A DNA stretch of 63,971 bases, filler included, from an uncultured Methanoregulaceae archaeon (GTDB taxonomy: Archaea > Halobacteriota > Methanomicrobia > Methanomicrobiales > Methanospirillaceae): NCBI GenBank assembly GCA_964530035.1. It is 4 parts of 4 records of this genome, joined end to end, with 100 filler letters (N's around TTAATTAATTAA, not from the genome) between each part and the next. Parts side by side here need not be neighbours in the genome. Positions count along the whole stretch, not along the records: positions 1 to 19,823 come from CAZGXZ010000026.1; 3 more parts are not named here. One strand, given 5' to 3'. The position numbers and the translations under genes were made by a program. How positions within the stretch are numbered: the stretch's first letter is position 1; every line of letters begins with the position of its first letter. Below the pieces are notes generated by a model. The model had not been told where the DNA came from. It saw only the letters and a program-made list of their open reading frames with translations, and did no database searches. Shown here one piece after another: positions 1-10,049 of this stretch.

Positions 1-576
1 GAGTCCCGGTCCCGGGAATGGCATCCGGTGTTGTATCTCAGCCGGCAGGCCGAGAGCGCCTGCCACCTCACGTACTTCGTCCTTGTACAGGTCTCTTATC
101 GGTTCGATGACCTTGGTGAACTCCATTGTCCCAGGCATGCCCCCGACGTTGTGGTGGCTCTTGATCCCCCCCTCGCTCTCGATCCGGTCAGGGTATATGG
201 TTCCCTGGAGGAGGTATTTTGCCCCGGAATGCCTGGCCTCCCGCTCAAATACCCTTATAAAACGCTCACCAATGACCTTTCGCTTTTTTTCGGGATCCGT
301 CAAACCTGCGATAGCGTCCAGGAACTCATCGCCGGCATCCGCGACATGGAGGTTGAAGGAACCAAATATCTCCCGTATACGGTCAGTTTCTCCCTTCCTC
401 ATCAAACCTGTGTCTACGTAGATGGGGACAAGCTGGTCTCCGATCGCCCTTGAGGCAAGTGCTGCGCAGACCGATGAGTCAACACCCCCGGAAAGGGCTA
501 TGACGACCCTCTCGCCACCGGCCTCCTTTTTGATCTCGGTTACTGCCTCACTGATGAACTTTGATACATTGACCAT
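1..576 (-). CDS. guaAB: GMP synthase (glutamine-hydrolysing) subunit B, ATP pyrophosphatase domain; 3' end runs off the window
   Basis: Not in the ORF track. Manual translation from ATG at 576: [41 protein letters not shown]...[10 protein letters not shown]...[10 protein letters not shown]...[25 protein letters not shown]. Has the PP-loop SGGVDS and IKSHHNVGG signatures and lies directly downstream of pyrG. Confidence 0.95.
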   Translation of the reverse strand, partial: MVNVSKFISEAVTEIKKEAGGERVVIALSGGVDSSVCAALASRAIGDQLVPIYVDTGLMRKGETDRIREIFGSFNLHVADAGDEFLDAIAGLTDPEKKRKVIGERFIRVFEREARHSGAKYLLQGTIYPDRIESEGGIKSHHNVGGMPGTMEFTKVIEPIRDLYKDEVREVAGALGLPAEIQHRMPFPGPGL

Positions 577-587
577 CGAACCACCAC

Positions 588-2168
588 CTACGCTCCTTTC
601 CTCTGCTTGCGACAGGCATCGACGAAACCGAGGAACGGGGGGGCCGGCCTGGTCGGCCGTGACCTAAACTCGGGGTGGAACTGCGTAGCCAGGAAGAACG
701 GATGCCCTGGGATCTCACAGATCTCCATCCTGTTGTTCCAGGTCCCTGAGAATACAAGACCTGCTGCTTCAAGCTGCGGGATGTATTCCGGGTCCACTTC
801 GTACCGATGCCGGTGCCTCTCCAGGATCTGATCCCTCCCGTACAATGCCCATGCAAGCGTCCCTTTTCTTACCGTTACCGGATAATCACCGAGACGCATG
901 GTCCCGCCGAGCTCTGTCACCCCCTCCTGCTCGGGGAGGATGGTGATGACGTGAGTCCCCTCACCAAACTCCTTGCTGGTCGCGTCCTGAAGCCCAAGGA
1001 GGTCGCGTGCATATTCGGCAACAGCCATCTGGAACCCCAGGCACAGGCCGAGGAATGGCATTCCCTTTGTCCGGGCGGTATGGATCGCTGCTATCTTACC
1101 TTCAATCCCTCTGATTCCGAACCCGCCGGGCACCAGGACCCCGTCACAGTCATCCAGGAGGTGGGGTTCGAACTTTTCGGCGTCCAGCCAGATGATGCTT
1201 ACTTCTGTCGCCAATGACCGCCCTGCGTGCTTGAGTGCCTCCTTTATCGAAAGGTATACGTCCTCTATACCGTACTTGGAAACAATCCCGACCTTGATCC
1301 GGCTGGTATATTCCCTGCTGACAATCTGGTACCATTCGTCAGAGGCATCCCTGTGCGCGAGTCCAAGGTGCTCGGTGAGCACATCGGCGAGGCCTTCCTT
1401 CTCGAGCTCAAGAGGAACCTTGTAGGTATCGGGAGCCGTTGCCGCGCTGATCACCGCACGTTCCGGAAGGTCACAGAAGGCCGAGATCTTTTTCTTCGTA
1501 TGTGCGCCTATGGGCATCCCGCTCCTCCCGACAATGATATCGGCGTTGAGCCCGAGCTCTCTCAGGTTCCTTACCGAGTGCTGCGTGGGCTTTGTCTTCA
1601 TGTCCCCCATGGTGTCCTCGGGGATGAGGGTCACATGGACGAGGACGGTGTCCGAACGGGGAAGTTCTCCCCTCATCTGTCTTACCGCCTCGAGGAACGG
1701 CATGCTTTCGATATCACCCACGGTCCCCCCGACCTCGACCAGGCACATTTCAAACGGGCCGCCCTCCCCGGGGTCAGATTCGGCTGCGACCCTTATCGCC
1801 TCCTTGATCTCTTCCGTAATGTGGGGGATGATCTGCACGGTCTGCCCGAGATAATCTCCCCTGCGTTCCTTGTCGATAACCGACCGGTACACCTTCCCTG
1901 TGGTGATGTTATGTGAGGAGGTCAGGTCGATATCAAGGAAACGTTCGTAGTTGCCGAGGTCAAGGTCTACCTCGCCACCGTCCTTCAGGACAAACACCTC
2001 CCCGTGCTGGGCGGGGTTCATGGTTCCGGCATCAATATTCAGGTAAGGGTCTATCTTTACGGCGGTAACTCCGTACCCGCGATTTTTCAGGATTCTGCCG
2101 ATGGAAGCCGCGGTAATTCCCTTGCCAAGCCCGCTCATGACGCCACCGGTGATAAAAATATATTTCAC
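588..2168 (-). CDS. pyrG: CTP synthase
   Basis: [45 protein letters not shown], glutaminase GLCLG and ERHRHRYEV...QFHPEF motifs. Confidence 0.98.
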   Translation of the reverse strand: MKYIFITGGVMSGLGKGITAASIGRILKNRGYGVTAVKIDPYLNIDAGTMNPAQHGEVFVLKDGGEVDLDLGNYERFLDIDLTSSHNITTGKVYRSVIDKERRGDYLGQTVQIIPHITEEIKEAIRVAAESDPGEGGPFEMCLVEVGGTVGDIESMPFLEAVRQMRGELPRSDTVLVHVTLIPEDTMGDMKTKPTQHSVRNLRELGLNADIIVGRSGMPIGAHTKKKISAFCDLPERAVISAATAPDTYKVPLELEKEGLADVLTEHLGLAHRDASDEWYQIVSREYTSRIKVGIVSKYGIEDVYLSIKEALKHAGRSLATEVSIIWLDAEKFEPHLLDDCDGVLVPGGFGIRGIEGKIAAIHTARTKGMPFLGLCLGFQMAVAEYARDLLGLQDATSKEFGEGTHVITILPEQEGVTELGGTMRLGDYPVTVRKGTLAWALYGRDQILERHRHRYEVDPEYIPQLEAAGLVFSGTWNNRMEICEIPGHPFFLATQFHPEFRSRPTRPAPPFLGFVDACRKQRKGA

Positions 2169-2267
2169 GCCTGATGCCCCCTTACCTGCGTATGAATATT
2201 CGCGAGGATCCCTTGTATTTGTATCCTTCGACTGAATGATCCCTGGAGGCGTTTTTTAACCCTGATT

Positions 2268-2678
2268 TCAGTGTTTTGAGACTGCAAAGACGCCTGATGA
2301 CCTCGAGAGCATCCGGTCTTCCGATTCATCAAACACGTCAGCCTCTGCAAAAACGACCCGGCGGCCTCTTTTTATGACCCTGCCTTCTGCATGTATCTTC
2401 CCTTCGCGGGTCCCCGATAGAAACGAGGTGGACTCGGAGATTGTGGCAATAGTTTCTCCTTTTTCAAGGAGCGTGTAAACTGCCAGGGCCATTGCTTCGT
2501 CCGCAAGGGCGACAAATAAACCCCCCTGAAGCCACCCCTCTCCGTTTTTCATGCCCGGGCGTACCTGCATGCCAAGCAACGCCCTGCCCCCGCCATACTC
2601 GCCGATATCAATTCCCATCTCCCTGAAGAAAGGATTTGCGTCTCTTCCCAGGGATTGGATATCCTCAAGGTATCCCAT
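2268..2678 (-). CDS. PaaI-family hotdog-fold thioesterase
   Basis: NPFF...MKNGEGWLQGGLFVALADEAMA; C-terminal VIKRGRRVVFAEADV pattern typical of PaaI. Confidence 0.85.
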   Translation of the reverse strand: MGYLEDIQSLGRDANPFFREMGIDIGEYGGGRALLGMQVRPGMKNGEGWLQGGLFVALADEAMALAVYTLLEKGETIATISESTSFLSGTREGKIHAEGRVIKRGRRVVFAEADVFDESEDRMLSRSSGVFAVSKH

Positions 2679-2800
2679 TCGTTATCAGCGTGGCATGGAA
2701 AAAGCATCTATCTTTCGCAGGCCACATGGTAGATGATATTTTCAGTATCGAGCGAAAATATGAGTGAGTGATGCGGCGAGGTCGGTAAAAGACCGCTCGT

Positions 2801-4627
2801 TTGAGTATTATGGATGCACGACCAGGTCAGTATCCGGGTATCATGGCAGAAATATTCTCCCTGATGGATACGGGTGATTACGAGGGTGTTTTGGCGCTAT
2901 GCAGGAATTCCTCTGCACCCTGCACCGATCCTGCCCTGGCTGCCATCGAGGCGGCCGCACTGTACCACCTTGGGAGGTACCATGAGGCCATATCTCATTT
3001 GAAGGACCTGGAAGGAAAGAGAGGGGCTTCTGCCGCAACGGTCCTGTGGCTGGCACGGTGCCTGGAACAGTCGGGAAGTGAAGACGCCGATCGGCAATAT
3101 ACCCGTGCGGTGCTCCTTGACCCCGGGAACGAAACCGCTCTCTCTTTCTATGCCAGGTACCGGTTATCCCGGGGAGATATCCGCGGGTCCGCTGTCCTTG
3201 CCGGACGGCTCAGGGACTGTCCTGATCGGGACCTTGTCATCCGGATCATGACCGGACTCATCGGTATCGGTGACCATAAGGGCGCGATTGAACTGTATAA
3301 CAGGAACAGCAGGATAATCGGTGACTGCCATGAATATATCACAGCCCTGTCCGCTTCCGGGATGTACGACGAGACCGCGATGGCTGCATCAGCGGCTTAT
3401 GCCAGGACCAATGACACCTGGTATAATTCAGCCGCCATGGCGGCGCGGATACATGGTAATCCACACCGTGCAGTCACCGAGTTTTCCGACGCCCTTTCCC
3501 GGGACGGGGATGTCCGGCTGAAAGAGGGCTATATCAGGGCGCTGTGTGCCACGGGGGACTACAAGGCCGCTCTCAACTGTTACCAGGAATGGTTCAGCCT
3601 TTCAAGGGGAAGGACATGCAGGTGCCTTCTTGGCAGGATTACTTTTGGTACCGGAGATGTCCAGGGGGGGGCGTCCATCCTCGAAGAGGTACTCTGTGAT
3701 GCAATATCCATTGGAGACCCGCCAGAAACAATATACAACCTTTTTTCGGAATATGCATCTCTCCTCATGACGTACCTGCCCGCATCAGCAGCTCGTAACC
3801 GGATCCGCAGCTTCGCCCTGTCCCGTGAAGAATCCATTGCCCGGAGTGCCGCCGGAGAGTTTTTTGCATACCTTGGTGACCAGAAGGAAGCCGGGGAATT
3901 CCTCCTGGATGCCTACAGGTGTGATTTTCTTGTAGGTGGCCTGTCATATGCCCGGTTTCTTATAAACTCCGGTGATACCGGAGAAGCTGAAAAGGTCCTG
4001 CTCTACATAGCACGGAATGTCCGCCGTATTCCTGATCTCCAGCGGGTGGCATGTGCCGCCACATGTCAGGAAAAAACGGTAAACAGGATGCCACGGCTCC
4101 TGAAATACCTTATAGAGCGTCTTGGCAGTGAATCCTCGCACTTGAGTTACGAAGGCTTCGAGGTGTATGCGATCCTCCTCCTGAAGCAGGCATTGCACCA
4201 TGAGGAACAGGGGGAGCTCTCCGGGTGTAAAAGGCTCTGCCTCATCGGCCTTGATGTAGTGCCCCCTCATTCCCGGGCTGTGAACCCTGGTGACTTTACT
4301 TCCCTTATCCTGCGGTGCAAAACGAGAATGCCGGCTGATTATCCTTGTTTTTCGAATGGACAAGGTCAGGGACCGACTCCCTTCAGCACACCGGGACAAA
4401 CCATGTTCGATGAGGGGGTCCTCACGGAGGACGAAGGAAAAGTCTTTCATTTCCTCAGGGAGCATGGCAGGGCACATGAACGTGAACTTCGTGAACTCAT
4501 GGGATCAAGGAGAATTACCGGGCTAATCAGCCAGATCATAAGAAAAGCCCGTGAACAGGGCATGGACATAGTCGAGAGGGAAGGAATGAGTGAAAATGGA
4601 GAGGTATATACCTATGTCGGCCCCTGA
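2801..4627 (+). CDS. Tetratricopeptide/helical-repeat protein with a C-terminal winged-helix-like domain
   Basis: 608-aa ORF with TPR-like repeats (AALYHLGRYHEAISHL, YTRAVLLDPGNETAL, ALCATGDYKAALNCY). C-terminus LTEDEGKVFHFLREHGRAHERELRELMG is wHTH-like. Overlaps the next gene. Start uncertain (TTG 2801, ATG 2810 or ATG 2843). Confidence 0.75.
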   Translation: MSIMDARPGQYPGIMAEIFSLMDTGDYEGVLALCRNSSAPCTDPALAAIEAAALYHLGRYHEAISHLKDLEGKRGASAATVLWLARCLEQSGSEDADRQYTRAVLLDPGNETALSFYARYRLSRGDIRGSAVLAGRLRDCPDRDLVIRIMTGLIGIGDHKGAIELYNRNSRIIGDCHEYITALSASGMYDETAMAASAAYARTNDTWYNSAAMAARIHGNPHRAVTEFSDALSRDGDVRLKEGYIRALCATGDYKAALNCYQEWFSLSRGRTCRCLLGRITFGTGDVQGGASILEEVLCDAISIGDPPETIYNLFSEYASLLMTYLPASAARNRIRSFALSREESIARSAAGEFFAYLGDQKEAGEFLLDAYRCDFLVGGLSYARFLINSGDTGEAEKVLLYIARNVRRIPDLQRVACAATCQEKTVNRMPRLLKYLIERLGSESSHLSYEGFEVYAILLLKQALHHEEQGELSGCKRLCLIGLDVVPPHSRAVNPGDFTSLILRCKTRMPADYPCFSNGQGQGPTPFSTPGQTMFDEGVLTEDEGKVFHFLREHGRAHERELRELMGSRRITGLISQIIRKAREQGMDIVEREGMSENGEVYTYVGP

Positions 4628-5909
4628 AAGGATGGACTCCGTTACCCGCGAGAGCCTGAACATCATCAATGCGCTGCGGCGGGGGACCGTCCCCGGATCA
4701 GGTCTCGAACGCATCGCCGTAGGGCTCGAAGTCGAAGAACGGGCAATAAGCCAGCAACTCGATTACGTAGCGGGAGGCGGAGGTGACATCAAGTGCGTCA
4801 GGGGAGACTACGGAAGTGGGAAGACCTTTTTTATAGCCCGTGCGCTGGAAATGGCCGGTTCAAAAGGCTTTGTCACCTCGCATGTATCGGTTTCTCCGGC
4901 CCAGCCCCTGTCCCGCCTGAAGAGCGTCTACCAGCAGATATGCTCCGGGCTGCGGACGAATGACGGAAACATGGGGCTCAAGGGCATCCTTGATACCTGG
5001 ATCTACCAGGTGGAAGAGCGCGTCATTGCGGTCAAGGGTCCGGATATGGATGATACAGGACTTGAAGAGGCAACTATCCGCGAGATCGAGTCCGCGCTCT
5101 CTGACATCAGTCGTATCAACTCCGCCCTTGCCGCCGGGATCAGGACCTACTACCTGTCGAACAATGCCGGGAACTTCCAGCTCTCCCAGGCTGCAGTAGG
5201 CTGGCTGTCCGGGGAACCCAACATCGGACGCGACTTCAAGGCAAAGGCCGGGATACGGGGTGAGATTGATGACAGCATTGTCGTCCCGTTCATCAGGGGA
5301 CTTGTACGGATCCTGACTGGGGCCGGGTACCGCGGCCTTGCCATTGCCATCGACGAGGCGGAAACCATGCAGGGCCTCGCGAAAGCCCAACGGGACAAGG
5401 CATATGCCAACCTGTCCGCCCTGATAGACGGCCTTGACCGGGGAGATCTCCCGGGTTGTTTCTTCCTCGTCACAGGGACACCCTCTTTCTTCGAAGGCCC
5501 GCGGGGGATCAGGTCCCTCCCCTCCCTTGCAGACCGCCTGTCGGTCAACTCGGCCGACGGGTATCCCAACCCCCGCCAGCCCCAGATCGCCCTTTCCCGC
5601 TTCGATAACAAGAAACTCGGGCAGGTAGCGGAAAAGGTCATTTCGGTCTATTCGAAGGCGTACCGCGAGGTCGACAGGTCCAGGGTATCACACCGGTTCG
5701 TAAAGGCGATGATCCAGAAGGTCACCAGCCGTTTTGGTGGAAGGGTTGATGTAATCCCCCGGTTGTTCCTCAGGGAACTGGTTGACGTCCTCGATAAATG
5801 CGAGTTATACGATGACTACGACCCCTGGAAGAGCTACGAATTTGATGCCGGGCAGCTCCCTGAAGGTCTCCGGGCCGAGGAAGAAGCAGCCATCGTTGTG
5901 AAGTTCTGA
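4614..5909 (+). CDS. brxD: BrxD-like (DUF2791 family) P-loop ATPase
   Basis: INALRRGTVPGSGLERIAVGL, Walker A GDYGSGKT, Walker B LAIAIDEAE, VTGTPSFFEGPRGIRSLPSLADRL and FGGRVDVIPRLFLRELVDVLD all match the BrxD/DUF2791 pattern. ATG 4614 follows a GGAGAGG RBS. Confidence 0.85.
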   Translation: MSAPERMDSVTRESLNIINALRRGTVPGSGLERIAVGLEVEERAISQQLDYVAGGGGDIKCVRGDYGSGKTFFIARALEMAGSKGFVTSHVSVSPAQPLSRLKSVYQQICSGLRTNDGNMGLKGILDTWIYQVEERVIAVKGPDMDDTGLEEATIREIESALSDISRINSALAAGIRTYYLSNNAGNFQLSQAAVGWLSGEPNIGRDFKAKAGIRGEIDDSIVVPFIRGLVRILTGAGYRGLAIAIDEAETMQGLAKAQRDKAYANLSALIDGLDRGDLPGCFFLVTGTPSFFEGPRGIRSLPSLADRLSVNSADGYPNPRQPQIALSRFDNKKLGQVAEKVISVYSKAYREVDRSRVSHRFVKAMIQKVTSRFGGRVDVIPRLFLRELVDVLDKCELYDDYDPWKSYEFDAGQLPEGLRAEEEAAIVVKF

Positions 5910-5932
5910 TTCCCTTTTAATGTGGCAGGGTT

Positions 5933-7204
5933 TTAATTCAGACCGGGTTTATCCTTTCTTTCACGTCGAATCCTGACCGACCGTGCATGGCAGTCAAGTC
6001 CCTCGGAGGAAGCCAGGTCCTCGGTGATGTCACCTATGGCCTCCAGTCCGTCCCTGCTGATCATCTGGACCGTTGAAGTCTTGACGAAATGGGTGACCGA
6101 GAGACCCGAGAATGTTCTGGCGTGGCCTGCAGTCGGGAGCACGTGGTTGGTCCCTGACGAATAATCCCCGCAGCTCACCGGGGTGTACGGGCCGATAAAG
6201 ATAGAGCCTGCATTTCGCACCGATGAAAGAATGGACAGGGGGTCATTCACCTGCACCGAGAGGTGTTCAGGGGCGACCTGGTCTGAAACGGTCACTGCCT
6301 CCTTCAGGTCCTCTACGAGGATATAGCCGGTCCGCGGGAGCGACCGGGAGATGATCTCCTTCCTTGCAGATCTCTCAATCCCTGCCGCCATGAAGTCAGC
6401 GACCTTCCCGGGAAGGCAGGGATCATTGGTGATAAGGACGGCACCTGCATCCGGGTCATGCTCGCACTGGGCGAGGATATCCACGGCGATAAACTCAGGA
6501 TCAGCGGTGTCATCCGCAATTATTGCAATCTCGCTTGGTCCTGCCGGGAAGTCGGTCTCCACGGTGCCGCGAAGGAGCATCTTGGCAGCGGTCACGTATG
6601 CGTTTCCCGGTCCTACGATCTTTTCCACGGCCATGATGGACTCTGTTCCAAGAGCCATGGCAGCGATAGCCTGGGCACCCCCTACGCAATAGGCCTCGTC
6701 AACGCCAGCGATATCCATGGCTACAAGAGTCAGGGGACTGACCGGCGGCGGAGTACAGCAACAAACGCTGCTCACCCCTGCGACTCGTGCCGGTACGGTG
6801 CACATCAATACGGTCGAAGGGTAGGAAGCGCGTCCTCCGGGAATATAGGCTCCTATCCGCGAGAGTGGTGTTGTCTTCATGCCAAGTATGATACCCGGTT
6901 CCACCCCGGTGAGCCAGAGGTCTTTCTGTTTCTGGAGCTCGTGGAATGCCAGGATCCGGGCGTGCGCCCTTTTCAGGGCATCGACAATACGTCCATCGAC
7001 GAGGTTATACGCCTCCTTCCAGGTGTCCTTTGGAATTGCAAGGTCTGCCGGGTCGGTGTGGTCGAACCTCCGGGTGTATTCATGAAGTGCCTTGTCGCCG
7101 TGTGCCCTGACCTCCGCAATAATGGTGGAGACGGTATTTTCAACCTCTGCGAGGGATTTTTTCCGTGATGCGGTCCACTGGTCAGCGGTGGTCGGGGAAA
7201 ACAT
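5933..7204 (-). CDS. hisD: Histidinol dehydrogenase
   Basis: GAYIPGGRASYPSTVLM, GGAQAIAAMALGT, KIVGPGNAYV, AGPSE, QCEHD, APEHL, GDYSSGTNHVLPT. Confidence 0.97.
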   Translation of the reverse strand: MFSPTTADQWTASRKKSLAEVENTVSTIIAEVRAHGDKALHEYTRRFDHTDPADLAIPKDTWKEAYNLVDGRIVDALKRAHARILAFHELQKQKDLWLTGVEPGIILGMKTTPLSRIGAYIPGGRASYPSTVLMCTVPARVAGVSSVCCCTPPPVSPLTLVAMDIAGVDEAYCVGGAQAIAAMALGTESIMAVEKIVGPGNAYVTAAKMLLRGTVETDFPAGPSEIAIIADDTADPEFIAVDILAQCEHDPDAGAVLITNDPCLPGKVADFMAAGIERSARKEIISRSLPRTGYILVEDLKEAVTVSDQVAPEHLSVQVNDPLSILSSVRNAGSIFIGPYTPVSCGDYSSGTNHVLPTAGHARTFSGLSVTHFVKTSTVQMISRDGLEAIGDITEDLASSEGLDCHARSVRIRRERKDKPGLN

Positions 7205-7266
7205 CGCTACTGGTTGGGAGCGGGTGAGGTTTAAGAGTATGGGTGGACCGCCTGCGCCCTGGAATC

Positions 7267-7764
7267 CTAATCCTGGCAGAACCTCCTGTCTGCACGGGCT
7301 TCCCTGGCCATCGCACCCTTGTTATCAAGCCACCCTGCTTTTTCGTCGAGGTACGCATCGAATGAAGGGACATACGGCTTTATATCCAGGAGGGGGGTCG
7401 CGTCGCAGATATCGATATCTTCCACGATGATCCTGTTCCCCTCCACTTGAAGGAGCCTGACAGTCGATATCCCTATGGGGACGGGTCGCCGCGGGGCACG
7501 CGTGGAAAAAACCCCCCGTCTGGTGGTATCAAGAAAGGGTGTCACCGTGAGCTCGAACCCCTCTGACCTGTCAAAGACATAGATAAGGATTAAGCGGGAA
7601 AAACCGGCCAGGTCGGCAAGCCCCCCGAGGTACTCAGGGAAGACTTCGACCGTCCCCCGGACGCCCACGGCCCCTCCCGGCTGTATGGGCATCCCCTCAG
7701 GCTGTCCGAAGGGAGAATGAATTATCCCGATCGGGTTGAAACAGAACTGTTTCCCGGGACTCAT
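7267..7764 (-). CDS. tsaA: tRNA (N6-threonylcarbamoyladenosine(37)-N6)-methyltransferase TrmO/TsaA family
   Basis: PIGIIHSPF, GVFSTRAPRRPVPIGISTVRL, DATPLLDIKPY. Confidence 0.9.
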   Translation of the reverse strand: MSPGKQFCFNPIGIIHSPFGQPEGMPIQPGGAVGVRGTVEVFPEYLGGLADLAGFSRLILIYVFDRSEGFELTVTPFLDTTRRGVFSTRAPRRPVPIGISTVRLLQVEGNRIIVEDIDICDATPLLDIKPYVPSFDAYLDEKAGWLDNKGAMAREARADRRFCQD

Positions 7765-7905
7765 GGATACTCTGGCGATTGTATGATCCTCATGGTCTTA
7801 TGCACTTTGGTGACAACCGGACACGGCGGCAAGGCCGGTGGAGATCCGAACATGTGGTGAAGGATACCTGCTTGGTTTTTTGGGGAACAACGCCAAACAA
7901 TACCT

Positions 7906-8697
7906 GTGCGAATCGCAGTCCTCGCGAGCGGGAGCCGGGGGAACAGCATCTATATCGAGGACGGTTCTGGTGCGCTCCTAGTCGATGCCGGACTTGCGGC
8001 CAGGGAAGCCCTGAAAAGACTCGGGGCAGCCGGGGGCGACCCTGACCTGGTACAGGGAGTCCTGGTGACACACGAACACCAGGACCATGTCCTCGGCCTC
8101 GACAGTCTCTCATCGAAGCTGGGTGTCACGGTCTTCGGGACCCACGGGACGCTTCACGGGTGGAGGATGTCGCGGAAAAGGACAAAGAGGGAGCCGGATA
8201 TCCATGCCCTCCATTACCTTGAAAGACATGCCGTCGGGAGTTTCACCATTGAACCATTCCCGACGTTCCATGATGCAGCAGAGCCCTGCGGGTACCTGAT
8301 TTCGTCAGGGGATGCCCGCCTCGCTGTCTGCACCGATACGGGAAACCTGAGCCCGGGTATCATCGACATCTTCAGGAAGTGTGACGGCCTCGTGCTTGAG
8401 TCCAACCATTGCCCGGATATGCTGGCGACAGGGCCGTATCCCGAAGTCCTGAAACGACGGATACGATCAGGGAAAGGTCACCTGTCAAACCTGAAGACAG
8501 CGTCCTGCCTGAAGGACCTCGGGGGAAACGTCGGCAAGGTGATGCTCGCACATCTGAGCGAAGTGAACAATACTCCTCATAAGGCGTTTTCATCGGCGCG
8601 GGACGGTCTTGGCCTGTATGTCGATGATGTCATGATAACCGTGGCATCGCAGCTCGGCCCTCTTTCTCCAGATGGGCTCCAGGAAATGACTATTTAA
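7906..8697 (+). CDS. Metallo-beta-lactamase fold hydrolase (YycJ/WalJ-like)
   Basis: LASGSRGNS, LLVDAG, THEHQDH metal motif, HDAAEP, TDTG, LESNH, GHLSN, AHLSEVNN. Confidence 0.9.
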   Translation: MRIAVLASGSRGNSIYIEDGSGALLVDAGLAAREALKRLGAAGGDPDLVQGVLVTHEHQDHVLGLDSLSSKLGVTVFGTHGTLHGWRMSRKRTKREPDIHALHYLERHAVGSFTIEPFPTFHDAAEPCGYLISSGDARLAVCTDTGNLSPGIIDIFRKCDGLVLESNHCPDMLATGPYPEVLKRRIRSGKGHLSNLKTASCLKDLGGNVGKVMLAHLSEVNNTPHKAFSSARDGLGLYVDDVMITVASQLGPLSPDGLQEMTI

Positions 8698-9908
8698 TCC
8701 TTCTGGGCAGGTTGCGGCCGCATTTTCAGGAGGTTTGTGCAGTACTGGTCTATCGAGTCGATGAGAACCCGTTTGGCCGTCCTTGCCTTTTTCTCGTCAT
8801 CAGAAAAGACGTCACCCGCAACATACTCGATGAGGAGCATGTAATGGTTTTTCTTGCCAAGTCTCCGCTTGATGTCCTCAAGGCACGCAAAAGCATCGTT
8901 CCGGTTGCCTACAACAATTTCAAAGGTAAAATCAAGGAGCATCAGGACATTGGACGGGATGTTCTTCTGGGTCGCAAGTTTTCTGAACCTAGCGTATGAC
9001 GTGGGCTGGGACGTGACGATTGAGAGTTCGAGTCCGTAATAAATCGGTTCGATCTCGTTCGGGTATTGCTGCATCATTTGTTTAATGACTGCCGCCGCTC
9101 CCCCCGTGTCCTTTGCCTCGAGCTTGTACTGGAACAATTCGCGGAGGAAGTCCATATCGTCGAAAAAACGTTCCGTTGCGATAAACAGGAGTTCAGAACG
9201 GATATCAACGTTCCCATCTTTCCTGGCCTTTTCAAGGCCGACGACCAGGTATTCACGTTCCTGGGGGAACCATTCGATCGCCTGCTTTATCATGAACCAG
9301 AATATCTTGTTGATTTTTGCCTCAGCCACGATCTGTGGGAGGCGGAGCCGGTTGACCGGCGGTTTTAACCTGATAAAATCGATCATCTCCTCCCGGGCCT
9401 TCAGGGCAAGGGCCGGCGGGATCAATTCCTGGGGTGTCCTCGCCGTGGACGGGGGAGGGTTCACCGAAGAGAGGATATGATAGCAGTATGCAATTGCAGG
9501 GGAGATGATGGCATCGATTTTTCTGAACTTTCTAAGCGCTTCAACGGCTTCGCGGTACTTGCCGAGGTCTATCAGCTTGAACCCGTAAATGATATCAAAA
9601 ATAAGCCTGCCTGAAATTTTTCGCTTGATACGGGCTGCATAATTGAACAGTCTCTCGATGAACTCAATGTCTGAGGAACGGCTGCTCGTCTCGAGGACCT
9701 TGACCGTGACATCATCGATGACCTGGTCATGGACGGCATCGCTGATGTCCGGGAACCCCTTCTCAATCCTGGACACAAGGTATCCATAGAACAGGGGAAT
9801 GTCGTTTTCAATCGTCCCGATGTTGGCCTCGACATAAGTGAACAGGTCCTGTTTCATCAGGGCGATCTTCTGTTCAATAATGGCAGCCGGCTGCCATTCA
9901 TCACTCAT
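8694..9908 (-). CDS. Hypothetical all-alpha (TPR-like) protein
   Basis: Long ORF with probable start MSDEWQ at 9908. Helical-repeat-like segments (LIDLGKYREAVEAL, AVIKQMMQQYPNEIEP). No catalytic motif seen. Confidence 0.7.
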   Translation of the reverse strand: MSDEWQPAAIIEQKIALMKQDLFTYVEANIGTIENDIPLFYGYLVSRIEKGFPDISDAVHDQVIDDVTVKVLETSSRSSDIEFIERLFNYAARIKRKISGRLIFDIIYGFKLIDLGKYREAVEALRKFRKIDAIISPAIAYCYHILSSVNPPPSTARTPQELIPPALALKAREEMIDFIRLKPPVNRLRLPQIVAEAKINKIFWFMIKQAIEWFPQEREYLVVGLEKARKDGNVDIRSELLFIATERFFDDMDFLRELFQYKLEAKDTGGAAAVIKQMMQQYPNEIEPIYYGLELSIVTSQPTSYARFRKLATQKNIPSNVLMLLDFTFEIVVGNRNDAFACLEDIKRRLGKKNHYMLLIEYVAGDVFSDDEKKARTAKRVLIDSIDQYCTNLLKMRPQPAQKD

Positions 9909-10049
9909 TAGCTCAGTTCGTACTGCCAGAAAGAATAAAAAGGTTCTTGATTTGCAGGGCGGACCTTCACTGCCTTGTTTAAACGCGGGAGTGAGTCCAT
10001 CTCCAAATATATATGCCCTCTGACAGATCATCCCTAAAGGGATATCTGG

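Noticed and set aside
2801..5909. Calling this a complete BREX or Shango system
   Set aside because: No pglX, pglZ, pglW, TerB or helicase gene is adjacent; only the ATPase is recognisable.
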